64,000 nt of DNA, taken from assembly GCA_951406725.2 (NCBI GenBank), contig OX597814.1:95542001-95606000 (forward strand). Reading direction: 5' to 3'. The notes beneath the pieces are model-generated. The model was given only the letters and a program-made list of their open reading frames with translations, was not told where the DNA came from and searched no databases. The position numbers and the translations under genes were made by a program. The DNA is from Octopus vulgaris (Eukaryota). Positions 24,832 through 39,800 of this stretch are shown piece by piece. How positions within the stretch are numbered: the stretch's first letter is position 1; each line of letters begins with the position of its first letter.

Positions 24832-27800
24832 CTACAAATAAAAAGAAAAAAAAAATTATGGTTAATTAAGTAAAATAAACATTTAGTGTCACCTTACCTT
24901 ATAACTTGCTTACATAAGATATTATTTCACTGATTAAGATACATGTACATTCAAAAATTAATCCTTTCAGAACATATGTATGGAGGTAACTCAAAAAAGA
25001 TGATGACAGCAAGAGGGGAGATAGAGTGACCAGAAAAGTGGTCATGTGCACTGTATTAAGGAAAGGTGTTACAGTAAATTTCATTGTATGATGATAAGCA
25101 TTAAGTGGGCTCGTGGAAATTGTATTGGTGTGAGAGAGTTAACAAATGTGTCAGCTATATTTAAGTGTGAAGTTCAGATGGATGAAATGCTGAGTTTTAT
25201 CTTGGAAATAGCACGAAGACGGAAGGTGTGAAAATATTTTGTTACTAAGATATGCTGAATGGAGAAGGAAAATTAGATTCAAAGATGCACATGTGAGAGG
25301 TTTCGGGAGAATGACATGCTAATGAGGAAGGTAGAGCCATTGAAACTGAAGAGAAAGGAGTAGACTATATGTCAGATGTAGTATGACTTATGGGAGTGAG
25401 ATCTAAGTATGAATGTGGAGCAGCAGAGAAGACTGGACAGAACACATATGAGAGTGACATGGTGGATGAGCCAGGCATCACTGAAAGAGAACAACACAAA
25501 CAGCGAATTGCAGAGAATGGATGTTGTGAAGAGAAGAGTGGGAAGGAGAAAAGTAACCAGATGAGAGGAGTGATGGAAATAAATGTGAAGTAAGACTAAG
25601 AAAGACATTGCTCAATACCATGGAGGTTGCAATGAAGGCAAGAGGCTCGGTAAGTGATGAGATCTATAAGACAAGGCAGACTGGAGAAGATTGTCAAAGA
25701 CCTGAAAGGTTAACTCCTTTAGCATGGAAAATGACCGTAAAATGCTTGCTGTTATGGTATTTTTGTACATGATATTGTTCAAAATTCATGTTATAATAAT
25801 TTCTTTCTGAGTCAAACCAATAGAGTGGAAAAGGTCTTGGGTTTACAAAAAAAACTTTCATGCAGGCATACAAAAGCACCAAGTGCACATTGTTTTGTAT
25901 TTTTTATCATGGTAGGTTAAAGTGATAAGAGAAAGAAAGCCCTGGTCAACATAATAACACCTAGCTAGTTTCCTTACTTTCATGGTAGCTAAAACTAATA
26001 TGCAATAGAGTTAATCTCCAAGATTGTAAAGACAATTTTTGAATATAGGTATGACAAGCACAGCCATAGCAGCTGTAAAAGGAATATACAACTTAACTCT
26101 CATGCAAAACAATGCTGAATCAAACCACATGGAATGATGCTGTAGTTGAGGAACTTTCCAATATATTTACAGCATAAAAATAGAAATAATGATGATAACA
26201 AAGTCTCTACATTTAAAAGATAACTGTTTTAACTTTTTTTGTTACCTTATTTCTAATTCCATTAATTTTGAAAATAGGAAAGAATTTAGTAAAACAACTG
26301 TCATAATTAAGCTGGTATTTGGAACATAACACAAAATTTTGATGGTAATTTTTAATTTTACAATGCTTAAAACATGAAGTTTGTATCCTAAAACCAAGGG
26401 TGGTCTCTGGTGGATTGGTATCAAAGGATTAAATGTGGATACACTATACTAAAATCATTAAAAACAAAATATAGATAATGAAATAAGTTAAATGGAAAAG
26501 CAGCCAATACACACCTCACAATCGTTGCAATAGTGAGCAGCTTCATTCTGAACACGGCCATGCCACTTTAATTCAACACCATAGGCCTCTAGGAAATCCA
26601 AACACATTTGTATTTGGCGGAGAGATTTCATTAAGAAAGACCTATAAATATATAAAAGCACATATAAATATAACTGGACATAGGCTATCTATCTTTCCAT
26701 AAATAAAATGCAAATAGTTTTCAGGTATAAATATTTCCATGCAAGCAAGCACATAGATGCAAAACACAAAAAGAAGAAAATAGTACTTGATATCAAAGGC
26801 AGGGTCAAAGACAAAATTTTATTGAAGCTGAAAAGCAAACTGTTACTCAGAGTTTCACATTTCCTATCACTGAGAGGAAGTAAATTTTCCAAATATTTTA
26901 CTACCATGTATAATATACACACACACATTCTAAGTGTGAAAGCATCTTTGGTTGCTTCAAACTAACAAAACCTAGAGCACTGAGGATGCCCCTACATTAT
27001 CCTCAAACATAACAACCTAGAGTTAACCCCTGCATTTACCAAACTCTTCAGTTTCTTCCTCTACATGGATGTACCCTGATCTTTGGAAATATGCCACAAT
27101 GTATCCCATCCCCAAGAAAGGCATCTGCTAACTCTACCAACTGTTGCTGTATCTTTTAAGATAATGGAGATAGCCATTAATATATTCCAATACCTTGAAA
27201 CTTTCTCTACCCACTTAATGACCACAAGTTTCTGTAAAACCAGATTAACTGGTGACCTAAACTATATCATTCATCAATGAGCTCTCACCTTGGAGACATT
27301 TGGTGAAAGCAATGTCACCTTTAACATCAGCAAAACTTTTAAACAGTTTTTGGTATATGAATCATTAATTGAAACAGTCTGGCTAAGGGCTTCACCTGCT
27401 TTGTATCAGATCACCCTAATGTGGCATGTTGGAGCTTTTTCTGTTTTACATTCTATCAACTCTGGTATAACACAGGGTTCAGTTTTATATCTCTTAGTCT
27501 ACCTTCTTTACTTGACCTTATATCTAACAATGTCCACTCCAATGCAGACAATATCACCCTTTTTTCTTTCCAAACCTCTCAAACAGGGCATTATCTACTC
27601 TCAAAATAGATACCATATTCCAAAAACCATACTATGAACAAAACCTCAGAAGCATCTTTCAATGGAGGTATGCCAACCCTGCTTCTTTCAACAGCAAGAA
27701 AAAACAATTGCTACTCATATCATGAAATATTGTACCCCACTCCTCAACAGCTAGAGCCCTCACTATTGTTTCAAATACTGGGCTTCACTTTCACTGAGGA

Positions 27801-30800
27801 TCTCACCTGACAGCCACTCCCTTCAAGACCAGAAAGTACTTCAGCTCACAGCATTTTGACACTACACAAACCTCAAGTGAGACGCAAAATGGGCTACTGC
27901 TCTCACTTCTTGGATAGTGCTGCTGCTATATAGAGATACTGTATCCAGAAATGGGGCCACCTGACCAACTGGGGTAATATCATTCATAGACATGCTGAGC
28001 CTCTGATTCATAGATGCACTATCTTTTCTATTGCTATTATAATAGCTTCTGCTCCTCAGGACTGGTTGGGCAGATTCTACCTCCACTCATGCATTCATGA
28101 TACACACATATACCTCATGACCTTTGTAGTGTCCACATACACCCAGTTCTTCCTTCCCTGCAGATGTTTGACTTGCAAGATTATTGCCATTAATACTCAA
28201 GAACATTAATGACATCAATTTTGCTGCAGGAAAGCCATGATGAAAGACAGAATCTCGAGGGCTGGCATTCTAGGAACAAGGTGTATTGATTAGTTTAGGC
28301 CTTAAAAATTTGGACACAATAAATGAATAAGTGAATAAATAAAGTTAAATTAGAGGCCCATCTATGCAAAAGTGGTCATAATGGAAGAGCAAGTTTGACA
28401 AGACTGAGAAAGAAAAAAAAAACAAGAGGATAAAATGAGGTAGCAAATAATTATTGAAGATAGGGAAATTTACTCATGTAGAAAATAAGCAAATGAAAAA
28501 TTTGATATCCTTTGTCAAAAGAATAACAGACATAAAGCTTTCAGAATTGGTAGTGGATGTTAGGATGATTGAAAATGACAAGGAGAAAGTCTCCAAAATT
28601 ATATGACTTAACTCAGTGACATAATAGTGTCTTCCATAGTTTTCAGGTGACATCAAAATAGTTTCTTCTACAGTTTTCAGGTGAAATAAAAATAGTTTTT
28701 TTCCATAGTTTTCAAGAAGACTGTTTGATTTGGAAAATTTAATGTATACCCTTTTCTTTAAAAGTAAGTCATACAAGCGTTTCTGCTCTTGTTCAGAGAG
28801 AAGGCATATTGAAAAATTTAGTGATGGAATCATGATTGCGAAACAAGATTCAATATTTCAAATAAATCAAATAAGAGATTGAATAAACATATAAGAGTTG
28901 GATTACCAGATGTAAAGTATATTTTTAGTTTTACCATCAACTGTTTCTGCCTATCTCTCTCACACATACACACACTACTTTCTCTCTTTATGAGGAACAA
29001 AACATTGTCTGAGAATCATAAATCCACAACATTTTGATATAATGTCAGATGAAAAAAGTTGCAGCTGGTGGGGATAACATTCATAAATAATAAAATAGTG
29101 AATGGAAATACATTTACTGATTCTTCAAACATAAGACTTACTTGATTACTTCAAACAACATAGGTTCAGATATATGCAGATTTCGTGCTAGATTCCATGC
29201 CAAATGAACCATTGGAACTATTGATTTATAAGCCTGCAACTTATTCCATTCATAACGGTCCAATGCAAGTTTAAATTGCAGAGCATTGAGTGGTCCTACA
29301 TTCCATGCAATATTATTGCACCAGCCCTGGAAAACAAATTTTCAATTATTGATAACCATAGTAGTTTTTACACAGTTGTTACATTTTAATTTAAAATTAT
29401 GAATGCTGAAAAAGCAAATTACGGTTAATAATGTATTTAAAAAATATACAAAAATTTATACTTTTTAGTATAATTTGAACATACAAACATTGTACTAAAA
29501 GTCAGTTATTTAAAAACTGATTATCAATAATCAAAATATAGCCTTGCTTCCGATAGGCAATTTTCATGCTTGCAACTTTGGTAGAAGTATTTGAAGAGTA
29601 AGAATTATATTGGAATAATATATCATTAGGAACTACAAACCACTCAGACCACATGTTCAACTTTCCAACTAACCCAAGTTTTGCTGTTAACATGAGCAGA
29701 ACATAATCAACTAATATCTTCTGTTAATGAAGATCTCTCTGCAAGGGGATAGAACCACAATAACAATCTTAAAACTAAAAAATATAGTTGTTTCTCTGTA
29801 TATTAAAACATATTTCTAAAAGCAATAAAGGGATTTCTATACTGTTGCTTGATCTGCTAGAAATAGCAACAAATCACATTCAATCATTTTATAAAAGGAA
29901 GGGTATATAATGTGGTCCTAGATGTACGATATTTAAAAGATGTTTAAGATGGGATGGTCATGGTTAGAATATCTTTGATTGGAGATTTGCTTGATCAAGG
30001 CTGAGGCAACATTAAATAGTGTGCACCAAATATTATTATTCTTGAATCTAGAGGACTACTTTCTTTGTAGTATAACTCTTCAACTCATACACCTGCTAAA
30101 TACTAACCTTCATCACCTGATCCAGCAGTTTCATATCTCTGTAGTTATTTCTATCTAAAGCATCATCTTTACCTTTGTACAGTTGACTAAGGTGCTTCTA
30201 TGCCAATCATTAGGTATGACTCCTTCGTGAACTACCTGATTAGACCATAACTCACATTACCAGATATTATAAACATCTCAGCAGTGATTCCTGACTTCAT
30301 CTCCTTAATTGCTTTATCTACCAGGGTGCTAGCGATTCAGGTATCTGGTCCCTTGACTGGGTCAACATTTGACAGGCTCTCCTCCTCCCATTCATTCTCC
30401 ACATTCAGCAGCCTTTCATAATGGCATCTACAAGCCTCTTTCTTTGCAGAATCATTAAAAGCAAGTGCACCATCATCCATGCAGACACATGTCTCTCTTG
30501 TAATATCACAATTTTCTCTCACACACTGTCTAGCAATCCAAAATACTTCAGTTCTTTGATCCTCACATTGCTCAACATTAGCAAACTTCTTTTCTGCTTC
30601 TCCCTTGGCTATATAGACCTCTCTCCCAGCCTCCCTTTTGGCTATCTGGTACAGTTCCCTGCTACCTCTGCTCTTCCAGGCCTGTTTCTTTGCTCTAATG
30701 GCCTTGCCTACTGCATTACTCCACCACCATGTTACTCTAGGTCTGGAAGGGACTTTGCACCAGCTGCAGATATGGTCTGTGGCACTCAGTAAGCTATCAC

Positions 30801-33800
30801 GTAGGAATTTCCAATTACCCTCTATGTCACAAGTCTGTAGCTCCTCCTCCCTCTCAGCAAATTTCTCAATGAGGATGTCCCTAAATCTCTGACAATGTGA
30901 AAGATTCTTAAGCTTCCAAATCCTTCTTTTCCGGATTGGTCTGCTTCTTGGCATCCTTCTGGCCTCGAGTCTAAAGTCACTAATGACTAGTCTATGCTGG
31001 GGGGTACATTCTTCACCAGGGAGGGTCTTTGTATTTAAGAGCAACCATATCAATCTGGCTAGCAGAGTCACCCAATTGATAGGTTATCAGGTAGCTGTCT
31101 AGCTTCCTGAAGTTGGTGTTGCAGATTAATAGGTTGCTTGCATCACAGAACTCCAGTAGCCTAGTTCCCTCTTTGCTTCGGGAACTAATTCCATGGACCC
31201 TGTGAACACAATGGAAGGTACTAGATTGCCGTCCAGCATACCCATTAAAATCTCCAGCCTTGTAGAAGGATATCATGGAAGTGGTCTTTCTGATCATTTG
31301 GTAGGCCCACTTGTAGGACGTAGGCAGAGATAATTGTAGTTATACTATTCTGCAAGACTAGCCTCAGCTTAAGCACTATCACACACCCTGCCTACCTCTA
31401 TGACCTTATCCACCCATTTCTCTGCAAGGAGTATGCCTACACCCCCTACTCCATAACTGTTAACTTCCCAGACCCTGGCTGAAGCTCCTCTCCATCTTAC
31501 CTCTTGTATGCAACATACATCAACACGCCTCCATTCAAGCATCTCTACAATCTCACTAAACCTACTTTCAATGTGCCTACACCGACAGTGCCAACTCTAA
31601 AAACTGGGGGGAAAAACTGCATTATTTATGGGATGACAGAATATATATATATATACACACACATATATGTATATATACACAGACATATATATATATACAC
31701 ACACACACACACATACATATTTTTAAACAAGAACACTGTTGGCAGTGACTGAAGTTTTGCCCAGCTAAGCCCTTGTTGGACAGGCCAACAATGAGGAATA
31801 ATAAATTTGTAATAGACAAAAGTATAAAGTAACCCATCAGTTTAATGTAAAATTGCTTTTGTTATAACTGAATGTAAACACACATATATATATATCATCA
31901 TCATCATCGTTTAACGTCCGTTTTCCTCGCTAGCACGGGTTGGACGGTTCGACCGGGGTCTGGGAAGCCAGGGCCCGCTCCAGGCTCCAGTCTGATTTGG
32001 CAGAGTTTCTACGGGTGGATGCCCTTCCTAACGCCAACCACTCCGTGAGTGGATTGGGTGCTTTTTACGTGCCACCTGCACAGGGGCCGGGGGGTCCAGC
32101 ATCGGTCACGATCGGTTCGAGCTTTTAACGTGCCAGCGGCACGGGGGCAACTGGGTCCGGGGTACTTTGAATGGGTAGGGGGTATGTGGAATTGCTGCAG
32201 AAAGCAGCCCGGGTCTTTGCAGTCACAGCATATCTCCAGAGATCTCGGTCCTTCGCCATTGCCTCAGTGAGGCCCAATGCTCTGAGGTCATGCTTGACTA
32301 CCTCATCCCATGTCTTCCTGGGTCTACCTCTCCCCCTGATACCTTCAACTGTTTGGGAGTGGCACTTCTTCACACATCTCTCTTCATCCATCCGCAGCAC
32401 ATGACCATACCATCGCAAGCGTCACTCTTGCACACCACATCTGATGCTTCTTATATCCAGCATTTCTCTTAGGATGCTTACACTCTGTCTTGCGTGCACA
32501 CTGACACTACACATCCAGCGGATCATGCTAGCTTCATTTCTTTCAAGTCTACGCATGTCCTCTGCAGTCACAGCCCATGTTTCATTACCATGAAGCATGG
32601 CAGTTCGCACACATGCATCATACAATCTACCTTTCGCTCTGAGGGAGAGACCTTTTGTTGCCAGTAGGGGTAGGAGCTTTCTGAACTTTGCCCAGGCTAT
32701 TCGTATTCTAGTGGTGATACTCTCTGTGCATCCACCTCCGCTACTAACTTGGTCACCCAGGTAGCGGAAACTATCAACTACTTCTAGTTTCTCTCCCTGG
32801 AGTGTGATGGAATCTGTTTTCTGAGTGTCTGTTGTGTCTATTGTCCCTGTGCATCTGCCGCACATGAAAGCTATCTTATCTGTTAATTTCCCTTTAATGT
32901 TGCTGCACCTCTTATGTGTCCATAACTTACATTGGGTGCATCTTATGGAGTTTCTACCTGTACCTTTCCTACAGATTGAGCAGGGCCACCTACCCGAGGG
33001 GGTGTGTGCTGAGTACCTCTTGCTGCTTACTAATACTTTGGTCTTTGCTACATTTATTCTAAGGCCCTTTGATTCCAACCCTTGCTTCCACACCCGAAAT
33101 TTCTCTTCTAGTTCCGGTAGTGATTCTGCTATGAGAGCTAGGTCATCGGCATAGAGGAGCTCCCAGGGGCATTCCGTTTTGAATTCCTCTGTTATTGCCT
33201 GAAGGACTATGATGAATAAAAGGGGACTGAGGGCTGAGCCCTGGTGCACACCTACTTCTACCCGGAATTCTTCACTATATTCGTTGCCAATCCTGACCTT
33301 GCTGACAGCCTCTCTGTATAGAGCCTGTACAGCCCTTATTAGCCATTCTTCAATCTCCAGTTTCCGCATCGACCACCAGATGAGGGAACGGGGAACCCTG
33401 TCAAAGGCTTTCTCCAAGTCTACAAAAGCTATGTAGAGGGGTTTATCTTTAGCTAGGTACTTCTCCTGCAGTTGTCGGACCAGGAATATAGCATCAGTGG
33501 TGCTTCTACCTGGTACAAAACCGAACTGCATTTCATCTAAACAAATTCTCTCCCTAATGAGATGGGTTATGACCTTCTCTGAGACCTTCATCACCTGGTC
33601 CAACAGTTTGATACCTCTGTAGTTATTTCTATCTAGAGCATCACCCTTACCCTTGTAGCAGTTGACTATGGTGCTGCTGCACCAGTCATTGGGTATGACT
33701 CCATTGTGAACTACCTGGTTTACAATGCGGGTGACTATGGTATAGCCCACATAGCCAGCTGTTTTAAGCATCTCAGCAGTGATTCCTGATAGGCCAGGGG

Positions 33801-36800
33801 CTTTGCCTGGTTTCATATCCTTAATTGCCTTATCTACAAGGGAGCTGTCTATTCGGGTAGCTGGTCCCTCTACTGGGTCAACATTTGGCAGGCTCTCCTC
33901 CTCCCATTCATTCTCCTCATTCAGCAGTCTTTCATAATGGCTTCTCCAAGCCTCTTTCTTTTCACTAGCAGTAAAAGCAAGTGCCCCATCATCCATGCGG
34001 ACACATTTCTCTCCTATAACATCACTATTTTCTCTGACACACTGTCTGGCAATCCGAAATACTTCAGCTCTTTGATCCTCGCGTCGCTGGACATTGGCAA
34101 ACTTCTTCTTTTCTGCTACATCTTTGGCTATGTATACCTGCCGCCCAGCCTCCCTTTTGGCTATCTGGTACAGTTCCCTGCTGCCCCCATCCTTCCAGGC
34201 TTTCCAGGCCCGTCTCTTTTTACAGATGGCTTTATCTACTGCACTATTCCACCACCACGTAATTCTAGGTCTGGAAGAGACTTTGCACCATCCACAGACT
34301 CGGTCTGTGGCACTCAGCAAGCTGTCCCGTAGGAATTCCCAGCTACCTTCTATGTCTGACGTCTGAAGCTCCTCCTCCCTCTCATCAAATTTCTTGATGA
34401 GTATGTCCCTAAATTTCTGACCATGTGAAGGGTTCTTTAGTCTCCAAATCCTTCTTTTCTGGATTGGTTTGTTTCTTGGAGTCCTTCTGGCCTCAAGCTT
34501 AAAGTCACTGATGATTAGTCTATGCTGAGGGATACATTCTTCACCCGGGAGGGTCTTTGTATTCAAGAGCAACCCTGCATCCCGCTGTCTGGTGAGGATG
34601 AAGTCTATTTGGCTAGCGGAGTCTCCTGACTGATAAGTTATAAGGTGGCAGACTGGCTTCTTGAAGTTAGTGTTGCAGATTGTAAGGTTACATGCATCAC
34701 AGAATTCCAGCAGTCTAGTTCCCTCATCATTTCTGGTGCCAATACCATAGCCACCATGTACCCCAGTGAAGATACCCGATTCCCGCCCAACATGCCCATT
34801 AAAATCTCCACCTACAAAGATGAGGTCCTTGCTACTAGTCTTTGAAGTAGCCTGCAGAAGGCTATCATAAAAGTTGTCCTTCTGATCATTTGGTAGTCCC
34901 GCTTGTGGGGCATAGGCGGAGATAATCATAGCTGTGCCACTCTGTAGGACCAACCTGAGCTTAAGCACTCTATCGCAAACCCTGACAACCTCTATGACCT
35001 CATCCACCCATTTCTCCGCAAGGAGAATGCCTACACCCCTACACCTTCCACGTTACCTTGCCAGAAGAGTTTGTACCTAAGTGCCTTGCCCGTGAGGACC
35101 CTAGCCGAAGCACCTCTCCATCTTACCTCTTGTATGCAGCATACATCAACCTGTCTTCTCTCCAGCATCTCTATATAAGCTCCTGTCTATTTGGAATGAC
35201 AGACCAGTTGTTCAATCAAGTGGACGACCTACGCATTAGTTTAACGTACAAATTGGGCGTGTATTACAAAGAGATGCATGTCCTCTATTCGACATGACTG
35301 TGTGACAGGGTTTGGCCTCTGATTTACAGGTACAATCCACTCAACAGGCTTCTAAACAGTTTCGATCTACCCCAATAGCTTTTGTTGAGTGACTCACAAC
35401 AAAAGCTATGATAAAGATGCCACTTTCATAACCCAAGTTACCAGGTGGAAGCACCTGTACATTTTCAAAAAGGGTTTTAGTTCAAAGATGAAAGATTAAA
35501 ATTACATACAAGTTAATGATACTTACAATAGCCTGAACCCAGTGAACAGTACCAGCATTAACCCAAACAAGATCACCAGGCTTTTGAATGAAACGATAAA
35601 CAGGAACATTGGCTTCATATAATTCTTCAAGAACAGGCCACCAAGAGCCCCAAAGATAATTCACATTATTTCTATAATAAAAACAATAAAGAGTATAAAA
35701 AAAGTGACAGTGTACATATACACTATATAGAATTGAAGCTTCTCTTAAAGAAGACTGAAACATCAAATATTACACTTCAAATTTTTAATGTATTTAAGCT
35801 GAACAGATATTTCTTGATATGTCTCAATTAACTATTGTAGTTAAGTGCAGTGACTGCTGAATATTAAGTAAAATAATTTTAAGTTTCTTTGAATAATTCT
35901 GAAAAATATTAGAAGCAGTACCAACTTACTTTTCACACAAAGCATTGATAACTCCCCAATATTCATCTGGAACAGCAAACCATTCACAATCACCAGGTCC
36001 AATGTTAATGTTAACTGAACAAAAATTATTATTTTCTTGATGACCTTAGAAAAATAAGAAAAAAATTCAAAATATTAAGTAAAATATAAAAATAAAGTGA
36101 ATTAAACATTTACTTGCAGATGTTCAATACTATATCAATGACTGTGGATTTGAAAATCAACCTGATTTTTGCTTTCTCATTCTGGGCCTCAATAGACAAA
36201 GAAACTACACATTCTTCATGAAATTAATCTCTTCACTTCTAGCACAAAAAGACTGAGCTGATAGATTGACCCCTGTTAGTTTATAAGAGTTAAGTTTTTA
36301 ATCATATGAATATTAAAAAGAATACATTAAGTTATCATTCATACAATGTTAAGAAGAAAAAAAGACATCAAAAAATCTTTCAATTTGACAACTGGATAAT
36401 ATAGAATTAAAAACACAAATTTGTATACAATTACCATGCTGACACCATGCCCATACTTGAGCCATACCCATGCTGCTGCCATGTAAAAAGCATTTGTGCT
36501 AGTGCCACATAGCAACCAGTACATTCTGTAAGGTGGTTGGCATTAAGAAGGGCATCCAGCTGTAGATACAATGTTGAAACAGACTATTGGAGCCTAGTGC
36601 AGCTCTCTAGCTAGCCAGCTCCTGTCAAACCATCCAACCCATGCCAGCATGGAAAATGGATGTTAGATGATGATGATAATGAATGCATATACTATGCTAA
36701 AAATAGAATATTCAACATCTGTATTGCTTTTTAAATGTAGCTTCTTTTAGTTACTGCCTTCTTGCACTCTCTCTCTCTCTCTTTCTAAATGTACTTCTCT

Positions 36801-39800
36801 CACACAAATTAACTTCTTACTTCCTTCTTTCCCTCTCACCCTATGTGCCTATTATTCTGATAGTTTTAAAAAGGTACAAACTCTCTTACTTTTATGTAAC
36901 AAACCATCAGATAGTCTAAGAGAATAATTACTCACTTTGAATGTAAGCGACTAATACAGGGCAAATAGGGAACTCTTTCAATACTATAAGGCAACCCCCT
37001 TTAGTCTTCATATCACTATAAAGCACCATAAGTCTCTAGTATAGAAATTAAACCCAACATGGCAGCCAGTTTAATATCATTATTTTTTCTGTTATTTCCT
37101 TTTGCAGAGTTTGCTCTGCTGTAAGCATTGAAACCAAACCATTGATTTGAAGGTAGTAGACTCTAAACATATTGCTTCTGACCACATTTTTCATAGATTA
37201 GTGTAACTCACTGTCAGAGAGTACAAAAGAAAAAAAAAAAGTTTTCCAGTTGATAGTATAGAGGCCTAGTGTTGTGTACAGAAAGCTCCCAATCAGCTGC
37301 AACATAATTTCATACCTTTCACATCCCAAGATTTTTATTTGTTGCCTTTTTTCAGGAAGGTAACCTCTCCAAGTCTTGCACTTGAGAACTTCACAAAAAG
37401 TACAAGTGTTACTCTTGACATCAGAAAAAAACCTTTGTGAGCCTTGGACATTAGTACCTGTTAATTGTCCACATTATTATTTTTTTTTGCTTGTATTAAA
37501 GTTTCCAGTTATGCAGATAGGAAAACTGCTCTTCACATCAATTTCCTCCCTCCCTTAAGAAAAAAAAAAATCTATAATAATTACTCCTTAAGGATTAAAG
37601 GCAAAATCACCCTTAATGGAATTGGAACTTTTGTACATAAAAGAACTCAGCTAAATACAACAAAGGCACTTTGAATGCATTTTACTGACTTAGCCATTTA
37701 TTTGCCTTAAAAGCAAAGATATGATAGAATACAACTGATTCAGTAGTCAAAAAATATAAAGCATCAAGAAAACATTACCTGATAAAAGTAGGACTTAAGT
37801 TGCTAAAATACTGATGAAAGGTTTCATTAATAGGACAATAATTATGAAGCTTACCTGGTGTCCGAGAACCTGGTACTTTCATGTAAAGTTGTACAGTGTT
37901 CATTCCTAGGATAATGTGACCAACGTGACTCAATAGATTAGCTGCAGACACAACCTACAATCCAAGAATTCAAATAATTGAGAAAATTTAAATAAATGTT
38001 GAAGTACTTTTAGATCTACTTGTAATGATTTTACTGATACATGAAAGTATACAAGTATATAATAAGGAAATATCCCATAATTCTAGGAACACCCTGCCAA
38101 GAAAGGATATATACAAGCTTGTGGGGCAGTTTGAGCTCAATACTGCAAGGTGGAAAAACAGCTACCTTAATGAAGACAATGGAGACAAACTGTAAACTTC
38201 CCATAACAGCTATTTTATTAAAGTGACAGGATGCAAACTAATAATTGCCTGCCAATAATACATTTACTATGTGTAAATCTGTGGAAGTGATGTGTATATA
38301 TTTATATATATATTATCAATATTTTAATGTCCTTTTTACCATACAAGATATATTGGACAGGTAATGTGTACAGCTAACTTGATCTTTTGTCATCTCTTCC
38401 ATCAAACACAATATTTTGAGATCTGATTGCACAACTTTTCACTTCTTTTCCTACAAAAGCGCATTTCTTAAATACAGCATTCATCTTTATTCACTTCCCA
38501 TGTTCATTCTAATTCACTGGCTCTCACTGGCTGATGCATTTGGTGTTTAGCCATCTCCTCAGTTCACTTCAGCCTCTTATGCATGTTGGATTTGAAATGT
38601 AATAAAAAGAGACATCATTGAATACCACAAAATATTGACTATGCTATGAAACATTTCCAATGGATCATTCTTGTCTCACATCAGCCACTACAGATCTTTT
38701 TTTCACTCCTTACACTACTTTGTATGAGGAAGACCATTATTTGCTAAAAGAAGTAACACCTCCACAAATATCTTTCACTTCTTCCTACAGGCAACTATGG
38801 TTTCACTACATCAACTTGTGAAGTAATTAGATAATCTAGACTATCAATTATATTTTATTAGTCATCTGAACTTCATGAATACTTCTGTAGCTAAATACAC
38901 TAGTAAATCTTATTACATCTGAAATCTGGCTATGCATCTCATAGTTTGAAAGGATATTTTTTCTGGAATGTAAAATATGTATGTGTGTGTGTTCACATGC
39001 ATGTGTACACCTTGTTATAAAGTTCTATTACAATTACATACCCTAGTAAATACAGGTAACTTTGTAAGTTCATGTAACTGTTGCCGCCACTTCTTTTCAT
39101 CAGATAAGTCAACATTTGTACCAAATTTTATGAGTTTCACTTTTCTGTTAATGTGGGAGAAAAAAAAGAAGAAAAATTTGAAATTTTACAATTAAAAAAA
39201 AAACAAGCAACTTATTTTATTTCATATTTGTCATTTCCTCTGAAGCCATATGAAATCAAAACAAGTAGAAGAATTTTTTTTAAATTAGATTTTCATAGTT
39301 ATAGCAAATTCATCCATTCTGTCAATTTGCAGATAAGGTACAGCTTAACACTATTGTAGTGGAGATGAGATTCTTAAATATGAAGAAGGAAGCTTACAAC
39401 CTTCTATGACAGCCAACAAGAAACTGACGGCCATTTTCAAAGCAGGCACATGCAAAACAACTCGCAAAACTGAAGACCTAAAAGTCGGTCATTCAATAGC
39501 CATCCAACATTTACAAACTAGAAAGGTAGACAGGCAGACTAGCTTATCAAATGGATGCCACACAACAATTACTGCTATGAAGTCTGCTCTGTAGTTCCTT
39601 TAAATAAAAAATGAAACTAAAAAAAATCTTGTTTTTAAAAAAATCTTGTAACATGGGGAAAAAAAAAAAAAAAAGGATTTGACCCGGGAGAAGCATCAAA
39701 AACTTTCTCAAACAGAAGGTGCATTAAATAAAGATCGCTGTTTGATGGTCAGCAAGTGAATTCTTCACTACTATTTCATAAATGCTAATGAAAACATCAT

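Noticed and set aside
28474-28833. 119-aa minus-strand intronic ORF as an extra KDM6A exon
   Set aside because: The flanking exons join correctly without it and it has no UTX similarity.
32825-34845. Plus-strand ORFs overlapping the RTE
   Set aside because: These are antisense shadows of the long RTE ORF with no recognisable motifs.
31880-35190. Target-site duplication around the long RTE
   Set aside because: Only TATATA microhomology inside microsatellite-like flanks; not distinguishable from chance.
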